Below, piece after piece: positions 10,120 to 19,601 of a stretch of 64,000 bases of DNA. This DNA is from Acidobacteriota bacterium (lineage in GTDB: Bacteria > Acidobacteriota > Vicinamibacteria > Vicinamibacterales > SCN-69-37). Position 1 is the stretch's first letter, and each line of letters begins with the position of its first letter. Both the position numbers and the translations under genes were made by a program. The stretch is from the NCBI GenBank assembly GCA_005799825.1, contig SYFT01000004.1:14866-78865 (forward strand). The letters run 5' to 3'. Under the pieces are notes generated by a model. The model was given only the letters and a program-made list of their open reading frames with translations. It did no database searches and had not been told where the DNA came from.

Positions 10120-12840
10120 ATGTCTCGCACAGCTCGCTTGCTCGCAGCCTTCCTCATCCTCGCATCAGTGTCCCTGTCCGCCCAGTCCGGAGTTCCGACG
10201 CCTCAGTCCGTCATCGGGTTCAAGCCCGGGGCTGATTTCAAGCTGGCCACTTACGACGACACGATCAAGTACTTTCGGGCGTTGGATGCGGCGACCGCGA
10301 AGATGCAGCTTGTGCCGATGGGCACGTCTACGCAGGGACGGACGTACTACGTTGCGCTGATTTCCACCGAGCGCAACCTAGCGCGCGTGGATCGGTACCG
10401 CGAGATTGCGCGACGCCTCGCATCGCCCGAAGGCCTTACCGAGGCGCAGGCCCGCGCCTTCTCGCGCGAAGGCAAGGCCATCGTCCACATCGATGGCGGT
10501 CTGCACTCGAGCGAAGTGGCGGGACCGCAGCACACGCTGCAACTTGCCTACGACCTGCTCACCACGCACCCGAATGAGCCGGGCCGCGACGAACAGGTGC
10601 AACGCATCCTCGACAACGTGGTGCTGATGTTGTGGCCCACCATCAATCCGGATGGCCATCAGATGGTGGCTGAGCACTACATGAAAAACGTCGGGACGCC
10701 AGGCGCGAGCACGACGCTGCCTGTGTTGTACCAGGAGTACGTCGGCCACGACAACAACCGCGACGCGTACATGCTCAACATGATCGAGTCGCGCGTGATG
10801 GAGCAGGCGTGGCGGCAGTGGGAACCGCAGATTGTTTACGTACATCACCAGACCGCCCCGTTTCCCACACGTATCTGGCTGCCACCGTTTGCCGAACCCA
10901 TCGCACTGCATGCACCGTTCCTGATGTCGCGCACCGTGAACACGATCGGCATGGCCATCGCACAGGGGCTGGAGGAACGCGGTCAGGTGGGCGCCACGCA
11001 CATGGGCACGGGGTTCGACGCGTGGTACGCGGGGTATATCGACTACGCGCCGATGTTCAAGAACATTGCCGCGTTCTGGACTGAGACCGCGCTGGCGAAC
11101 ATGGCATCGCCGCGCGACTACACCATCAAGGACATCCCGCAGGCGTATCAGGACCTGCGGCCGCAGAGCCTGTATCCGAGCCCGTGGGCAGGCGGGCGCT
11201 TCGGGTTGGGCGATTCAGTGGCCTACATGCATACGGCGTCGATGTCGGTGCTTGACTACGCCGCGAAATATAAGGACAACGTCCTGATGAACCGGTGGCG
11301 GTCGGGGATGGCCCAGATCACGCAGCATCGCGCGAGTGGGCCTTCGGCGTACGTGGTGCCGAAGACGCAGAGCGATCCAGTGGCCGCTGTCGAGATGTTG
11401 AAGCGGATCGCGTTTGGCGGTGTGCGAGTGTCGGAATTGACCGCCGACTTCACCATGGGTGACGTGACGTACGCGGCCGGCAGCTGGGTGGTGCCCACCG
11501 ATCAGGAGTTCATCGCGCTCGCCCGCGAGGTCCTCGACGTCCAGAAGTATCCGGACCTCCGGGAGTCGCCTGGCGGCGCCCCCGAGCAGCCCTACGACGC
11601 CGCGGGCTGGACACTGCCGCTCTCGATGGGCGTGGCGATGCAGACAGTCGGCACGCTGGACGACGCGAAGCGGGCGGAGTTGAAGAAGGTGTTGAAGCCT
11701 CTGGGTCAGGTGGCCGAGCCCACCGCTCGCACGTCGCAGTACGACTCCATCGGCGGCGCGGATCCTGCGCCGTATGACAGCGCGCCAGGACTTGGGTTCG
11801 AGACCATTCCTCTGGCTGCGGCCATCATGCCGCCAGCAGGTGCCCTCACTGGCACGGGGCCGTCGCTCGCAATCGATCCCGCGCAGAACAACGCGTTCCG
11901 CGCCGCGAATCAGGCCTGGAAGAGTGGCGCGACAGTCGGGTGGGCGCCAGGCGCCGCTAGCACTGCCGGCCGCTACGTCATTTCGGGTCTCACGCCCGAA
12001 GCGCAGGACACTTTAGTGCGTGCGCTCGCGTTGCGTGCGGAACGCGTCGCCGCGCCGACCATGAGCCTTCGTCAGCCGCGCATCGCGCTGTTTAACCCAG
12101 GCGCGAGTATGGACGAGGGATGGACACGCTGGGTGCTCGAGCGCTTCGAGTTTCCCTTCACCAGGCTCTCAGCCGACGAAATTGCCGCGGGCAATCTCCG
12201 CTCGCGTTTTGACGCGATCGTTGTGACCGACGAGCCACGCGGCGTTCTTGCGGGCGCGGGCCGTGGTGGACGCGGCGGGCCTGCTGGAGCTGGTGGTGCT
12301 GGCGGAGCAGCTCGCGCAGCCGGAGCCGGCGCCACGGGGGCCTCTGCGTTGCCCGAGGGCGACGCGAATCGCGTCAAGGCGATCGATGAATTCGTGCGCG
12401 CGGGCGGCACGCTCGTCTGCCTGAACCGAAGCTCGGCCTTTGCCATCGACCAGTTGAAGCTGCCGGTGCGCAACGCGCTTCAGGGACTCGGCCGTCAGGA
12501 GTTCTTCGTCGGCGGCTCGTTGCTCAACGTTGAGGTCGATCCGTCGCAGCCTGTGATGGCCGGCTTGCAGAAGACAACCGCCGTGTTCTTCAACTCGAGC
12601 CCGGCGTTCGAAACCCTCGTCGGGTTCAGGGGCGCCATCCTCGCGCGATACGCCGACACGGGCTCGCCGCTGGCGTCAGGTTACCTGCTGGGCGAACAGC
12701 ACCTGCGGGGCAAGGCCGCCGCGCTTGAGGTGGAGCACGGTGAGGGACGCGTGATCCTGTTCGGCTTCCGCCCACAGTGGCGTGGTCAGACCTTCGGCAC
12801 CTTCAAGGTGATCTTCAATTCGCTGACGGGAGCGCGCTAG
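10120..12840 (+). CDS. Large M14 zinc carboxypeptidase family protein with C-terminal GATase-like domain, secreted
   Basis: HSSE zinc motif, NPDG, DNNRD, HHQ; DEGWTRW C-terminal domain; Gly/Ala/Arg-rich insert. Confidence 0.85.
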   Translation: MSRTARLLAAFLILASVSLSAQSGVPTPQSVIGFKPGADFKLATYDDTIKYFRALDAATAKMQLVPMGTSTQGRTYYVALISTERNLARVDRYREIARRLASPEGLTEAQARAFSREGKAIVHIDGGLHSSEVAGPQHTLQLAYDLLTTHPNEPGRDEQVQRILDNVVLMLWPTINPDGHQMVAEHYMKNVGTPGASTTLPVLYQEYVGHDNNRDAYMLNMIESRVMEQAWRQWEPQIVYVHHQTAPFPTRIWLPPFAEPIALHAPFLMSRTVNTIGMAIAQGLEERGQVGATHMGTGFDAWYAGYIDYAPMFKNIAAFWTETALANMASPRDYTIKDIPQAYQDLRPQSLYPSPWAGGRFGLGDSVAYMHTASMSVLDYAAKYKDNVLMNRWRSGMAQITQHRASGPSAYVVPKTQSDPVAAVEMLKRIAFGGVRVSELTADFTMGDVTYAAGSWVVPTDQEFIALAREVLDVQKYPDLRESPGGAPEQPYDAAGWTLPLSMGVAMQTVGTLDDAKRAELKKVLKPLGQVAEPTARTSQYDSIGGADPAPYDSAPGLGFETIPLAAAIMPPAGALTGTGPSLAIDPAQNNAFRAANQAWKSGATVGWAPGAASTAGRYVISGLTPEAQDTLVRALALRAERVAAPTMSLRQPRIALFNPGASMDEGWTRWVLERFEFPFTRLSADEIAAGNLRSRFDAIVVTDEPRGVLAGAGRGGRGGPAGAGGAGGAARAAGAGATGASALPEGDANRVKAIDEFVRAGGTLVCLNRSSAFAIDQLKLPVRNALQGLGRQEFFVGGSLLNVEVDPSQPVMAGLQKTTAVFFNSSPAFETLVGFRGAILARYADTGSPLASGYLLGEQHLRGKAAALEVEHGEGRVILFGFRPQWRGQTFGTFKVIFNSLTGAR

Positions 12841-12868
12841 CGAGAGTGTGTTGCGTTTGTGTATCGGC

Positions 12869-12917
12869 CTCGGCCTCGAAACCCAGGCCGAGCGACGTTC
12901 GAAAAGGTCGAGCTACG
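12869..12917 (-). repeat. GTAG-type REP-like hairpin (degenerate copy plus half copy)
   Basis: Minus strand GAACGTCGCTCGGCCTGGGTTTCGAGGCCGAG and CGTAGCTCGACCT resemble the copies at 36762 and 38117. Confidence 0.65.
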
Positions 12918-12993
12918 CACGAGCGGATATCGATCCGGAAGCTTGGGATGGTTCTCAAGCCCGAGTGATCGGGACACGCAAACCACAAACGCT

Positions 12994-13287
12994 TTAATCG
13001 ATCGGAAAAATCTGACCTACGTCGTCGGCCGGGCGCGGGATGACGTGCACGCCGACGAGGTCGCCAACCTTGCGGGCGGCAGCCGCGCCAGCGTCGGTCG
13101 CGGCCTTCACTGAAGCGACATCGCCGCGCACGATGGCGGTCACCAGGCCGGCGTCCACTTTCTGCCAGCCCACGAACGTCACGTTCGCCGTCTTCAGCAT
13201 CGCGTCGGTGGCTTCCACCATCCCGACATAGCCGCGCGTTTCGACCATTCCCAGTGCGTCGCCGGATGGGACTGTTTTGGGTGTCAT
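12994..13287 (-). CDS. Bacterial microcompartment hexameric shell protein (BMC-H, EutM/PduA-like)
   Basis: [39 protein letters not shown] are canonical Pfam00936 motifs. Confidence 0.95.
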   Translation of the reverse strand: MTPKTVPSGDALGMVETRGYVGMVEATDAMLKTANVTFVGWQKVDAGLVTAIVRGDVASVKAATDAGAAAARKVGDLVGVHVIPRPADDVGQIFPID

Positions 13288-13317
13288 CAGGGCTGGACTT
13301 TACCACGAGTGCCACCG

Positions 13318-13500
13318 CTACGACAGCCCGGCGAGGTCGGCGCGCGGGATCTGGCGGCCGTGATCTCGTGGCTGGTGGCGGCGCGAAGACGGCGGAACCA
13401 GGCGAGATCGGTGCCCTGCATCGTGCCCTCCTGGTCAAAGTGGCCAGGCGCGGCACAGGATGGCCGGGGTGGTGATGATGCCGATGGTGCCTGGACTGAG
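13318..13500 (-). pseudogene. hisA: Short remnant of a HisA-like (ProFAR isomerase) gene
   Basis: Minus strand encodes DQEGTMQGTDLAWFRRLRAATSHEITAA (13436-13353), resembling the HisA/HisF C-terminal phosphate-binding segment, then a frameshifted IPRADLAGLS* end. Confidence 0.55.
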
Positions 13501-13553
13501 CGAACATCAGGCTGCAATCTCAACAGACCACAAGATGTTCGTGCAAACGGGGT

Positions 13554-14672
13554 TCACCAGTTGCGTCCGCGCGCAGCGACAGCCAGCGGCGTGAGCGCGC
13601 CCTGATCGTTGGCCAACCACAGGCGATCGGTGAGGTTTGTGACAGTACAAGCATGATTGGGGAGCACACGGACACGATCGCCGGGCCGTAGCGGTGACGA
13701 CTCAGGCACGCGGCAGATTGCATGTTCTTCAGAGACGCGCTCGATGACGATCGACGTGTCGGGCTGATTCTCGTTCAAAGACAGGAAGACCGCGCCGTAG
13801 CCAGGCAGGTCCGCGAATCCTCGGGCTCCGTCCGAGGTCAAGGTCTTGCTCCCACAGTCGAGGACCGCGCGGTCGGGAGCGGGCCGGCTCACGACTGTCG
13901 CCACGATAAAGAGCGCGCAGTGTTCGTAGGTTGCAGACCCCAGGCCGACTTGCGATCGGTCCAGAAACACGTAGGTACCCGGCCGCATCTCGGTAATGCC
14001 CTTCTGGGTTGCCGCAAGTGCCGCGGAGGGCGTGGACCCAACGCTGATCTCCTCCACGGCCACGCCGGCCTCACGCACACGCTGCGCCAGGCCGGTCATG
14101 ATTGCTGTTTCGCTGGTCACCATGGCCGCAAGGGCGTATGCCGATTCGGCGTTGTAGGTGTGTCCCGCGTGGCTCAGCAGGCCGCGGAAGGACAGGCCGG
14201 GCAGTCGCGCGATGCGGGTAATCGTCCCCACCACATTGGACGCTTCCGGATTCACACCACACCGGTGCGTGCCCACGTCCACCTTCACCAGGATGTCCAG
14301 GACCTTTCCTGCGCGCGTCATCGCGCCCGACCAGTCAGCCGCAACGTCGGCGTCATCAACGATGATCGACAGGTGAACCCGTTCCATCAGCACGAGCACG
14401 CGATCGGCGTTGGACGGATTGACCGGATAGGGAACCCGGATATCCGTGATGCCCGCGTCGGCAAACACGGCGGCTTCCGATAGTTTCGCGCAGCAGATGC
14501 CGACGGCGCCCGCGTCGATTTGCATGCGAGCGATCACCGGGCTCTTGTGCGTCTTGGCGTGCGGCCGCAAGCGGACTCCGGCGTGGTTGGCCAGTGTCTG
14601 CATCCGAGCGATGTTCGCGGCCAGGCGGCTGGCCGAGACGACGGGATAGGGCGATCGGGGGGATAGTGGCAT
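13554..14672 (-). CDS. Fold-type III PLP enzyme, D-threonine aldolase / D-serine dehydratase (DSD1) family
   Basis: RPHAKTHKS PLP-lysine motif, HRCGV, GSTP, EMRPGTY, SEEH, PNHAC. Confidence 0.88.
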   Translation of the reverse strand: MPLSPRSPYPVVSASRLAANIARMQTLANHAGVRLRPHAKTHKSPVIARMQIDAGAVGICCAKLSEAAVFADAGITDIRVPYPVNPSNADRVLVLMERVHLSIIVDDADVAADWSGAMTRAGKVLDILVKVDVGTHRCGVNPEASNVVGTITRIARLPGLSFRGLLSHAGHTYNAESAYALAAMVTSETAIMTGLAQRVREAGVAVEEISVGSTPSAALAATQKGITEMRPGTYVFLDRSQVGLGSATYEHCALFIVATVVSRPAPDRAVLDCGSKTLTSDGARGFADLPGYGAVFLSLNENQPDTSIVIERVSEEHAICRVPESSPLRPGDRVRVLPNHACTVTNLTDRLWLANDQGALTPLAVAARGRNW

Positions 14673-14753
14673 GGCGTGAGTAATTGTAGACACTTGCGAA
14701 AAACTGTCGGGCGTCTTTTCGGCCTAAAATGCAAGGTGTGGGGGTTGCTTCAC

Positions 14754-15563
14754 ATGACTGAGTTTGCACGACGAGTGATTTCTGGCGGAGCTTCGGCTGT
14801 ATTGATGGCGGGCACCGTGTTGGCCGTGCAGGTGGCAACCACACAAAAGCCGTTCGAGCCCAAGGTCGGTCAGGCTGGTAAAGACGTGGTCTGGGTCCCC
14901 ACGCCGCAGCCCACCGTGGACGCGATGCTCGACATGGCGAAGTTGACCAAGGCCGACTTCCTCGTTGACCTGGGTTCTGGCGACGGCATCACGGTCATCA
15001 CAGCCGCCCAGCGCGGCGCCAGGGCCATGGGGGTGGAATTCAATCCCGACATGATTGCGCTGGCGCAGAAGCGAGCACAAGAGGCGGGGATGTCTGCGCG
15101 CGCCACGTTTGTCCAGGGTGATTTCTTCAAGACTGACTTCTCAAAAGCCAACGTGCTCACCATGTTCCTGCTGCCGAGCCTCAACGAACAGCTGCGGCCG
15201 ACCATCCTGAACATGACGCCCGGCACGCGCGTGGTCACCAATACCTTCCGTATGGGTTCGGGTGACGATGAGTGGTTGCCGGAGGCGGAGAAACGCGTGG
15301 ACCCCTGCGAAACTAGCTGGTGTACGGCGATCCTGTACGTGGTGCCGGCCAAAGTCGAGGGTGTCTGGAAAATGGGCACGAGGACCCTGACGCTGACACA
15401 GAAGTTCCAGATGGTAAGCGGCACGATGGGCACCGCCGCGATCACCGAAGGCAAGCTCTTGGGCAACGACTTCACGTTCACTGTCGGGGGGCAGCACTAC
15501 ACGGGCATGGTGAGTGAGGACGGCCGGACGATTAAAGGCGCCAACTGGACCGCTTTGCGCTGA
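14754..15563 (+). CDS. Secreted class I SAM-dependent methyltransferase
   Basis: DVVWVPTP, DLGSGDG motif I, TMFLLP; N-terminal signal-like segment. Confidence 0.85.
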   Translation: MTEFARRVISGGASAVLMAGTVLAVQVATTQKPFEPKVGQAGKDVVWVPTPQPTVDAMLDMAKLTKADFLVDLGSGDGITVITAAQRGARAMGVEFNPDMIALAQKRAQEAGMSARATFVQGDFFKTDFSKANVLTMFLLPSLNEQLRPTILNMTPGTRVVTNTFRMGSGDDEWLPEAEKRVDPCETSWCTAILYVVPAKVEGVWKMGTRTLTLTQKFQMVSGTMGTAAITEGKLLGNDFTFTVGGQHYTGMVSEDGRTIKGANWTALR

Positions 15564-15605
15564 CGGTAGGCGCCTTGGCGAATGACGCCGACCGTCCGCA
15601 TCCTG

Positions 15606-16829
15606 TCAGCGAATAATCCCAAGTTTGCTCTTGGCCGAGTAGCCCGGGAAAACCGAGCTGATGTCCTTCGTGCCGAGGTGGCCGCCGAGCACCTCCGAGA
15701 AGACGTCGCGGAAGTCGGTAGTGATCGCCAAGTCGCGTCCTTCGTAGCGCTGTTCGCGCTCGAGACCGGGCCACTTGCCGTAGACCTTTCCACCCTTTAC
15801 GTCCCCGCCGAGCAGTAGCATCGCGTTGCCGTGGCCGTGGTCAGTACCGCGCGCGCCATTCTCGGACACCGTCCGCCCGAACTCAGACATCGTGAGCACC
15901 ATCACGTCGGCCATGCCGTCGCCAAGGTCCTGCGCGAAGGCCGCGATACCGCTGGCGAAGTCGTCGAGGCGGTTGGCGATCTGTGGACCCTCGTTCGCGT
16001 GGTGGTCCCAGTTGCCTGACTCAGCGAACGCCACCTCCAGGCCCATGTTCGCCTTGATGAGCTGCGCGATCTGCTTGAGCGCCTGACCGTAACCGCTGTT
16101 GGGATAGACGGCGCCGTTCTGCGGCGTGTACTTGGCCAGATCCACTGACTCCAGGTGCCTGATCGCGTCAAAGGCCTCCTTGCTGATGGGCTTGAGCAGC
16201 GAATCTGCAGCGGCCGCGTACTGGGCCTCGAACGACGACTGCATCATGTCGCCGCGGTCGCCGGCGCGCAGGCCGAATCGGCCGAGCTGGTCGATGGCCA
16301 GCGCCGGAGCCGTGCCCTGCAGCGCGCGCGGCAATTGCTGCGTGAGCGATACGGCGCGAAACGCACTCGCCTCTTCATGCTCTTTCGCATGGAGGTATCG
16401 ATTGAGCCAGCCATCGCGCGTGCTCTTGCGACCAGGAGTGCCGCTTTCCATGTAGTCCTGCGCATCGAAGTGCGACCGCGTCGGATCGTTGGAACCGGTG
16501 GCGTTGACGATCGCCAGCTCGCCCCGCCTGAAGTATGGCTGCAGCGACGCCATGCGCGGGTGGAGGCCGAAGAACCCATCCAGGTCTACCGCGCCGTTCG
16601 GCTCACCCGGCTTCGAAATCGCGATCGACGGCCGTGCCTGGTAGTAGGCCTTCTCGCCGAAGGGGACGATCATGTTGAGCCCGTCCACCGCGCCGCGCTG
16701 GAACACCGTGACCAGCACCTTGCGCTTCGTCTGAGCGGCCTGTGCGGCTCTGGTGAAAAACGCCGGCGCGAAGCCAAGACTGACGAGAGCCAGGCTGCCG
16801 TTCTTGAGGAAAATTCTTCGGTTCATCAT
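15606..16829 (-). CDS. DUF1501 family protein (Tat substrate)
   Basis: RRIFLK twin-arginine leader; RGAVDGL, RSHFDAQ, SEFGRT, GTDHG motifs. Confidence 0.9.
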   Translation of the reverse strand: MMNRRIFLKNGSLALVSLGFAPAFFTRAAQAAQTKRKVLVTVFQRGAVDGLNMIVPFGEKAYYQARPSIAISKPGEPNGAVDLDGFFGLHPRMASLQPYFRRGELAIVNATGSNDPTRSHFDAQDYMESGTPGRKSTRDGWLNRYLHAKEHEEASAFRAVSLTQQLPRALQGTAPALAIDQLGRFGLRAGDRGDMMQSSFEAQYAAAADSLLKPISKEAFDAIRHLESVDLAKYTPQNGAVYPNSGYGQALKQIAQLIKANMGLEVAFAESGNWDHHANEGPQIANRLDDFASGIAAFAQDLGDGMADVMVLTMSEFGRTVSENGARGTDHGHGNAMLLLGGDVKGGKVYGKWPGLEREQRYEGRDLAITTDFRDVFSEVLGGHLGTKDISSVFPGYSAKSKLGIIR

Positions 16830-16833
16830 GGGG

Positions 16834-18621
16834 TTACCGTTTCTGGAACTCCGGAGACCCGAGTGTTAGTGCAATCAGCTGTTGCGGGGACTCGGCCCTG
16901 GCCAGAGTATCTCGGGTGATTTGCGACGCGTTGCCATGGAGCAGTGACTGCACCAGGGCGTTTCGGCTGGTCTCAGAAGTGTTGGGCGCGAGCTCGCGCA
17001 CGTTGACGCGCACACCTCGAAGCTGGCCGTTCGATAACTGCACGGCGAAGTTCAGCCGGTTGAGCAATGCGCCGGTGCTGACCCAGTCTTCGGCGATGTC
17101 GCCCCAGCCGGTGGGCGGCTGCGCACCGTAGAGCGGCATCCCGAGCGATCGCAGTGCTCCAATAAGCGGCTGCGGATTGTTGAGGTCCGTCCCCGATGCG
17201 CGCACGGCCGACGCCACGAACTCGAGCGGCGTTTTTACCTTTGCGAGCCGCACCTCGGTCGAGAAAAATTCCGGAGACGTGATGATGGCCCGCGTCACTT
17301 CGCGCAGGTCGCCCTTCGTATCCAGAAACACTTTTGCTGCGCGATCCACCACTGACGCCGGCGGCTCATCCGCCACAAAGCGCCGCGCGAGTTTGGTGGC
17401 AATGAACTTCGCCGTCGCCGGATGCGTCGCGAGCAGGTCCAGCACGCGCTCACCATCCGCCTTGCCGCCGGCGTCGATGGTCTTTCCAAGCACCACCTTC
17501 GGGTCGTTGTCGTGCATGACTGCGTTGAACTGGAAGCTGCCGCCATCCCTGGGCCGGTCGATCGTCCAGCCGGTGAACGCCCGGGCCACGGCGATGACGT
17601 CGGCCTGCGTGTAGCCGGCGTCGACACCCAGCGTGTGCAGTTCCATCAGCTCACGCGCGTAGTTCTCATTCAGACCCCTGTTGCGAAGCTGCTGGATGCG
17701 CTCTGCCGGTGTCTGGTTCCCCTGCGCGTTCTGTCGCGGCGTCTGCACGCGTCCTCGACCCTGGCCACGTAACGCCGCCTGCTGCAGGCGGGCGGCCTGC
17801 TCATCCGCCTGACGACCTGCGGCCTTCGGATCAACGCTCTGGAAATTGTCCAGGTAGAACAGCATCGCCGGGCTCTCGGCCACCGCGCCGAGCATGTCGC
17901 GGAAGTTGCCAAGCACATACGGACGAATCGACTCGCGTTCGTACTCCGTCAGATACACCCGCACCTGGCCCTTGCCAGAGAACACATTGAAGTGGTTGAA
18001 CCAGAAGTCCACCAGCACTTCCTCAAGCTGGCGCTCCGAAGTGACCGCCCGCACCAGCCGCGCCTGCATCAGGTCTTGCAGGATCTGTTGCTCCTTCTGG
18101 CGAGCGGCCCGCAACTCTGGCGACTGGTCGCGGTCCTGCGGGCGTTGTGGTGCCCCCGCCATCGCCGGATCACCCGCCATCGTCTGGCCGGAGGCCTGGG
18201 CCGCCGTGGCCTGTCCCGGGGCACCGGCGGCCGATCGTGCAGGCTGATTGGCTTGGGTGCGCTGCTCCGCCCGCCGCAATTGCTCGGCCGGACCGTAATA
18301 GTCACGCGCGAGCTCCGCTGTGGAAAGTCCAATGGTCGGATAAACGGCGAGTCGCGCCTTCAGGTCGGCGTCTTCAATCCGCTCCGGATGCAGCTGTGCC
18401 TCGATGTACGCGGCCACCGTCATCTGCTGCACGCGGGCGATATCACCGGGGGAGGGCCCGTAACCCAGCCGATTCAGCACATGCGCCACCGTCGCATCGT
18501 CGGACGTGCGGGGCACCGCACTCGGTCCCTTTTGCGCGATCACGACCGGGGCGAGAAGGACTACCGCCAACGCCACCACAGCGCCGACCGCGCGTCCGAG
18601 GATTCCTGTGTAATTTGTCAT
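16834..18621 (-). CDS. DUF1800 family protein
   Basis: FWFNHFNV, NENYARELMELHTLGV, AFTGW, KVKTPLE, SPEFQ motifs; paired with DUF1501. Confidence 0.9.
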   Translation of the reverse strand: MTNYTGILGRAVGAVVALAVVLLAPVVIAQKGPSAVPRTSDDATVAHVLNRLGYGPSPGDIARVQQMTVAAYIEAQLHPERIEDADLKARLAVYPTIGLSTAELARDYYGPAEQLRRAEQRTQANQPARSAAGAPGQATAAQASGQTMAGDPAMAGAPQRPQDRDQSPELRAARQKEQQILQDLMQARLVRAVTSERQLEEVLVDFWFNHFNVFSGKGQVRVYLTEYERESIRPYVLGNFRDMLGAVAESPAMLFYLDNFQSVDPKAAGRQADEQAARLQQAALRGQGRGRVQTPRQNAQGNQTPAERIQQLRNRGLNENYARELMELHTLGVDAGYTQADVIAVARAFTGWTIDRPRDGGSFQFNAVMHDNDPKVVLGKTIDAGGKADGERVLDLLATHPATAKFIATKLARRFVADEPPASVVDRAAKVFLDTKGDLREVTRAIITSPEFFSTEVRLAKVKTPLEFVASAVRASGTDLNNPQPLIGALRSLGMPLYGAQPPTGWGDIAEDWVSTGALLNRLNFAVQLSNGQLRGVRVNVRELAPNTSETSRNALVQSLLHGNASQITRDTLARAESPQQLIALTLGSPEFQKR

Positions 18622-18650
18622 ACAACCTCTTGGACCCACAGAATCAGTGG

Positions 18651-19601
18651 ATGGTAAGAGACATCTCGGATCCCTCCCTATTGGACCAGATTCTGGACGC
18701 CACGTATCCCGTGTGGGGGGAAGGCCTGTCCAGACAGTCCTACGGGTCGTGGAACCGGGCCCTGGGGATGACCGCCTGGGGCTGTGAGCATGTGGCCAGG
18801 GTCGGGTTCGTCGAGGGCGACGAGGTAGTGGTCTCCGCCAGACGCTATCTCTTCGATGCCCAAGCTGACGGGCGGCCGATCAAGGTCCTTGGAATCGGCG
18901 CGGTCTTCACCGCGGAGCATCGTCGCGGCCAACGCCTGGCCCAAAGACTGATAGAAGCGATGATTGACGAAGGGCGCGTGCGCGGGTGCGACGTCGCGTT
19001 GTTGTTTTCGGAGATCGGCGCGGACTACTACGCTCGCCTGGGGTTCTCGGTTGTCGAGCGCCCGCGCCTGACCATCGAGGTGCCGCGCAATCGGAGGGGC
19101 GCGCCTGCGGTGTTGGTGCGCGCGGCCGAGCCGAGTGACTTGCCGCTGCTGTCCGAGATCTCCATGCTCTACTCCGGCGACACGGGCTTCGCGATCGACC
19201 GGCCGGCGTCGCTGCTGGAGTTTGGCGTTCTGCGGCGGCGCTTACTCGCCGGGCTGGGTCCTTCGGGTCTCCGGTCGCTGGAGTTTTTCGTAGCCGAAGA
19301 GGGCTACCGCGCAGTGGCGTACGTGGTGGTTTCGCGGGGGCCGGGCGGGGTCGTGCTCGAGGAATGCGGCGATCGCGACCCGTCCGGTGCACGGGTGGGT
19401 GCGATGCTCGAATCGCTGGCTGAGCGCGATCCCTCACAGATGGACCGGACCATGCGTGCTGTGTTGCCCGCGTCGTTCCGGCCGCTTCAGCTTGAGGTGA
19501 TCAAGAGCGAACCGTCACCCAAAGTCATGATGGTTCGTTCGATCAGCGGCGTGGAGCCAGATTACTCGCGCGCGGTGTACTGGCAGACGGACGTGTTCTA
19601 G
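18651..19601 (+). CDS. GNAT family N-acetyltransferase
   Basis: GIGAVFT..RGQRLA, LFSEIG..YYARLGF; ATG 18651. Confidence 0.8.
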   Translation: MVRDISDPSLLDQILDATYPVWGEGLSRQSYGSWNRALGMTAWGCEHVARVGFVEGDEVVVSARRYLFDAQADGRPIKVLGIGAVFTAEHRRGQRLAQRLIEAMIDEGRVRGCDVALLFSEIGADYYARLGFSVVERPRLTIEVPRNRRGAPAVLVRAAEPSDLPLLSEISMLYSGDTGFAIDRPASLLEFGVLRRRLLAGLGPSGLRSLEFFVAEEGYRAVAYVVVSRGPGGVVLEECGDRDPSGARVGAMLESLAERDPSQMDRTMRAVLPASFRPLQLEVIKSEPSPKVMMVRSISGVEPDYSRAVYWQTDVF

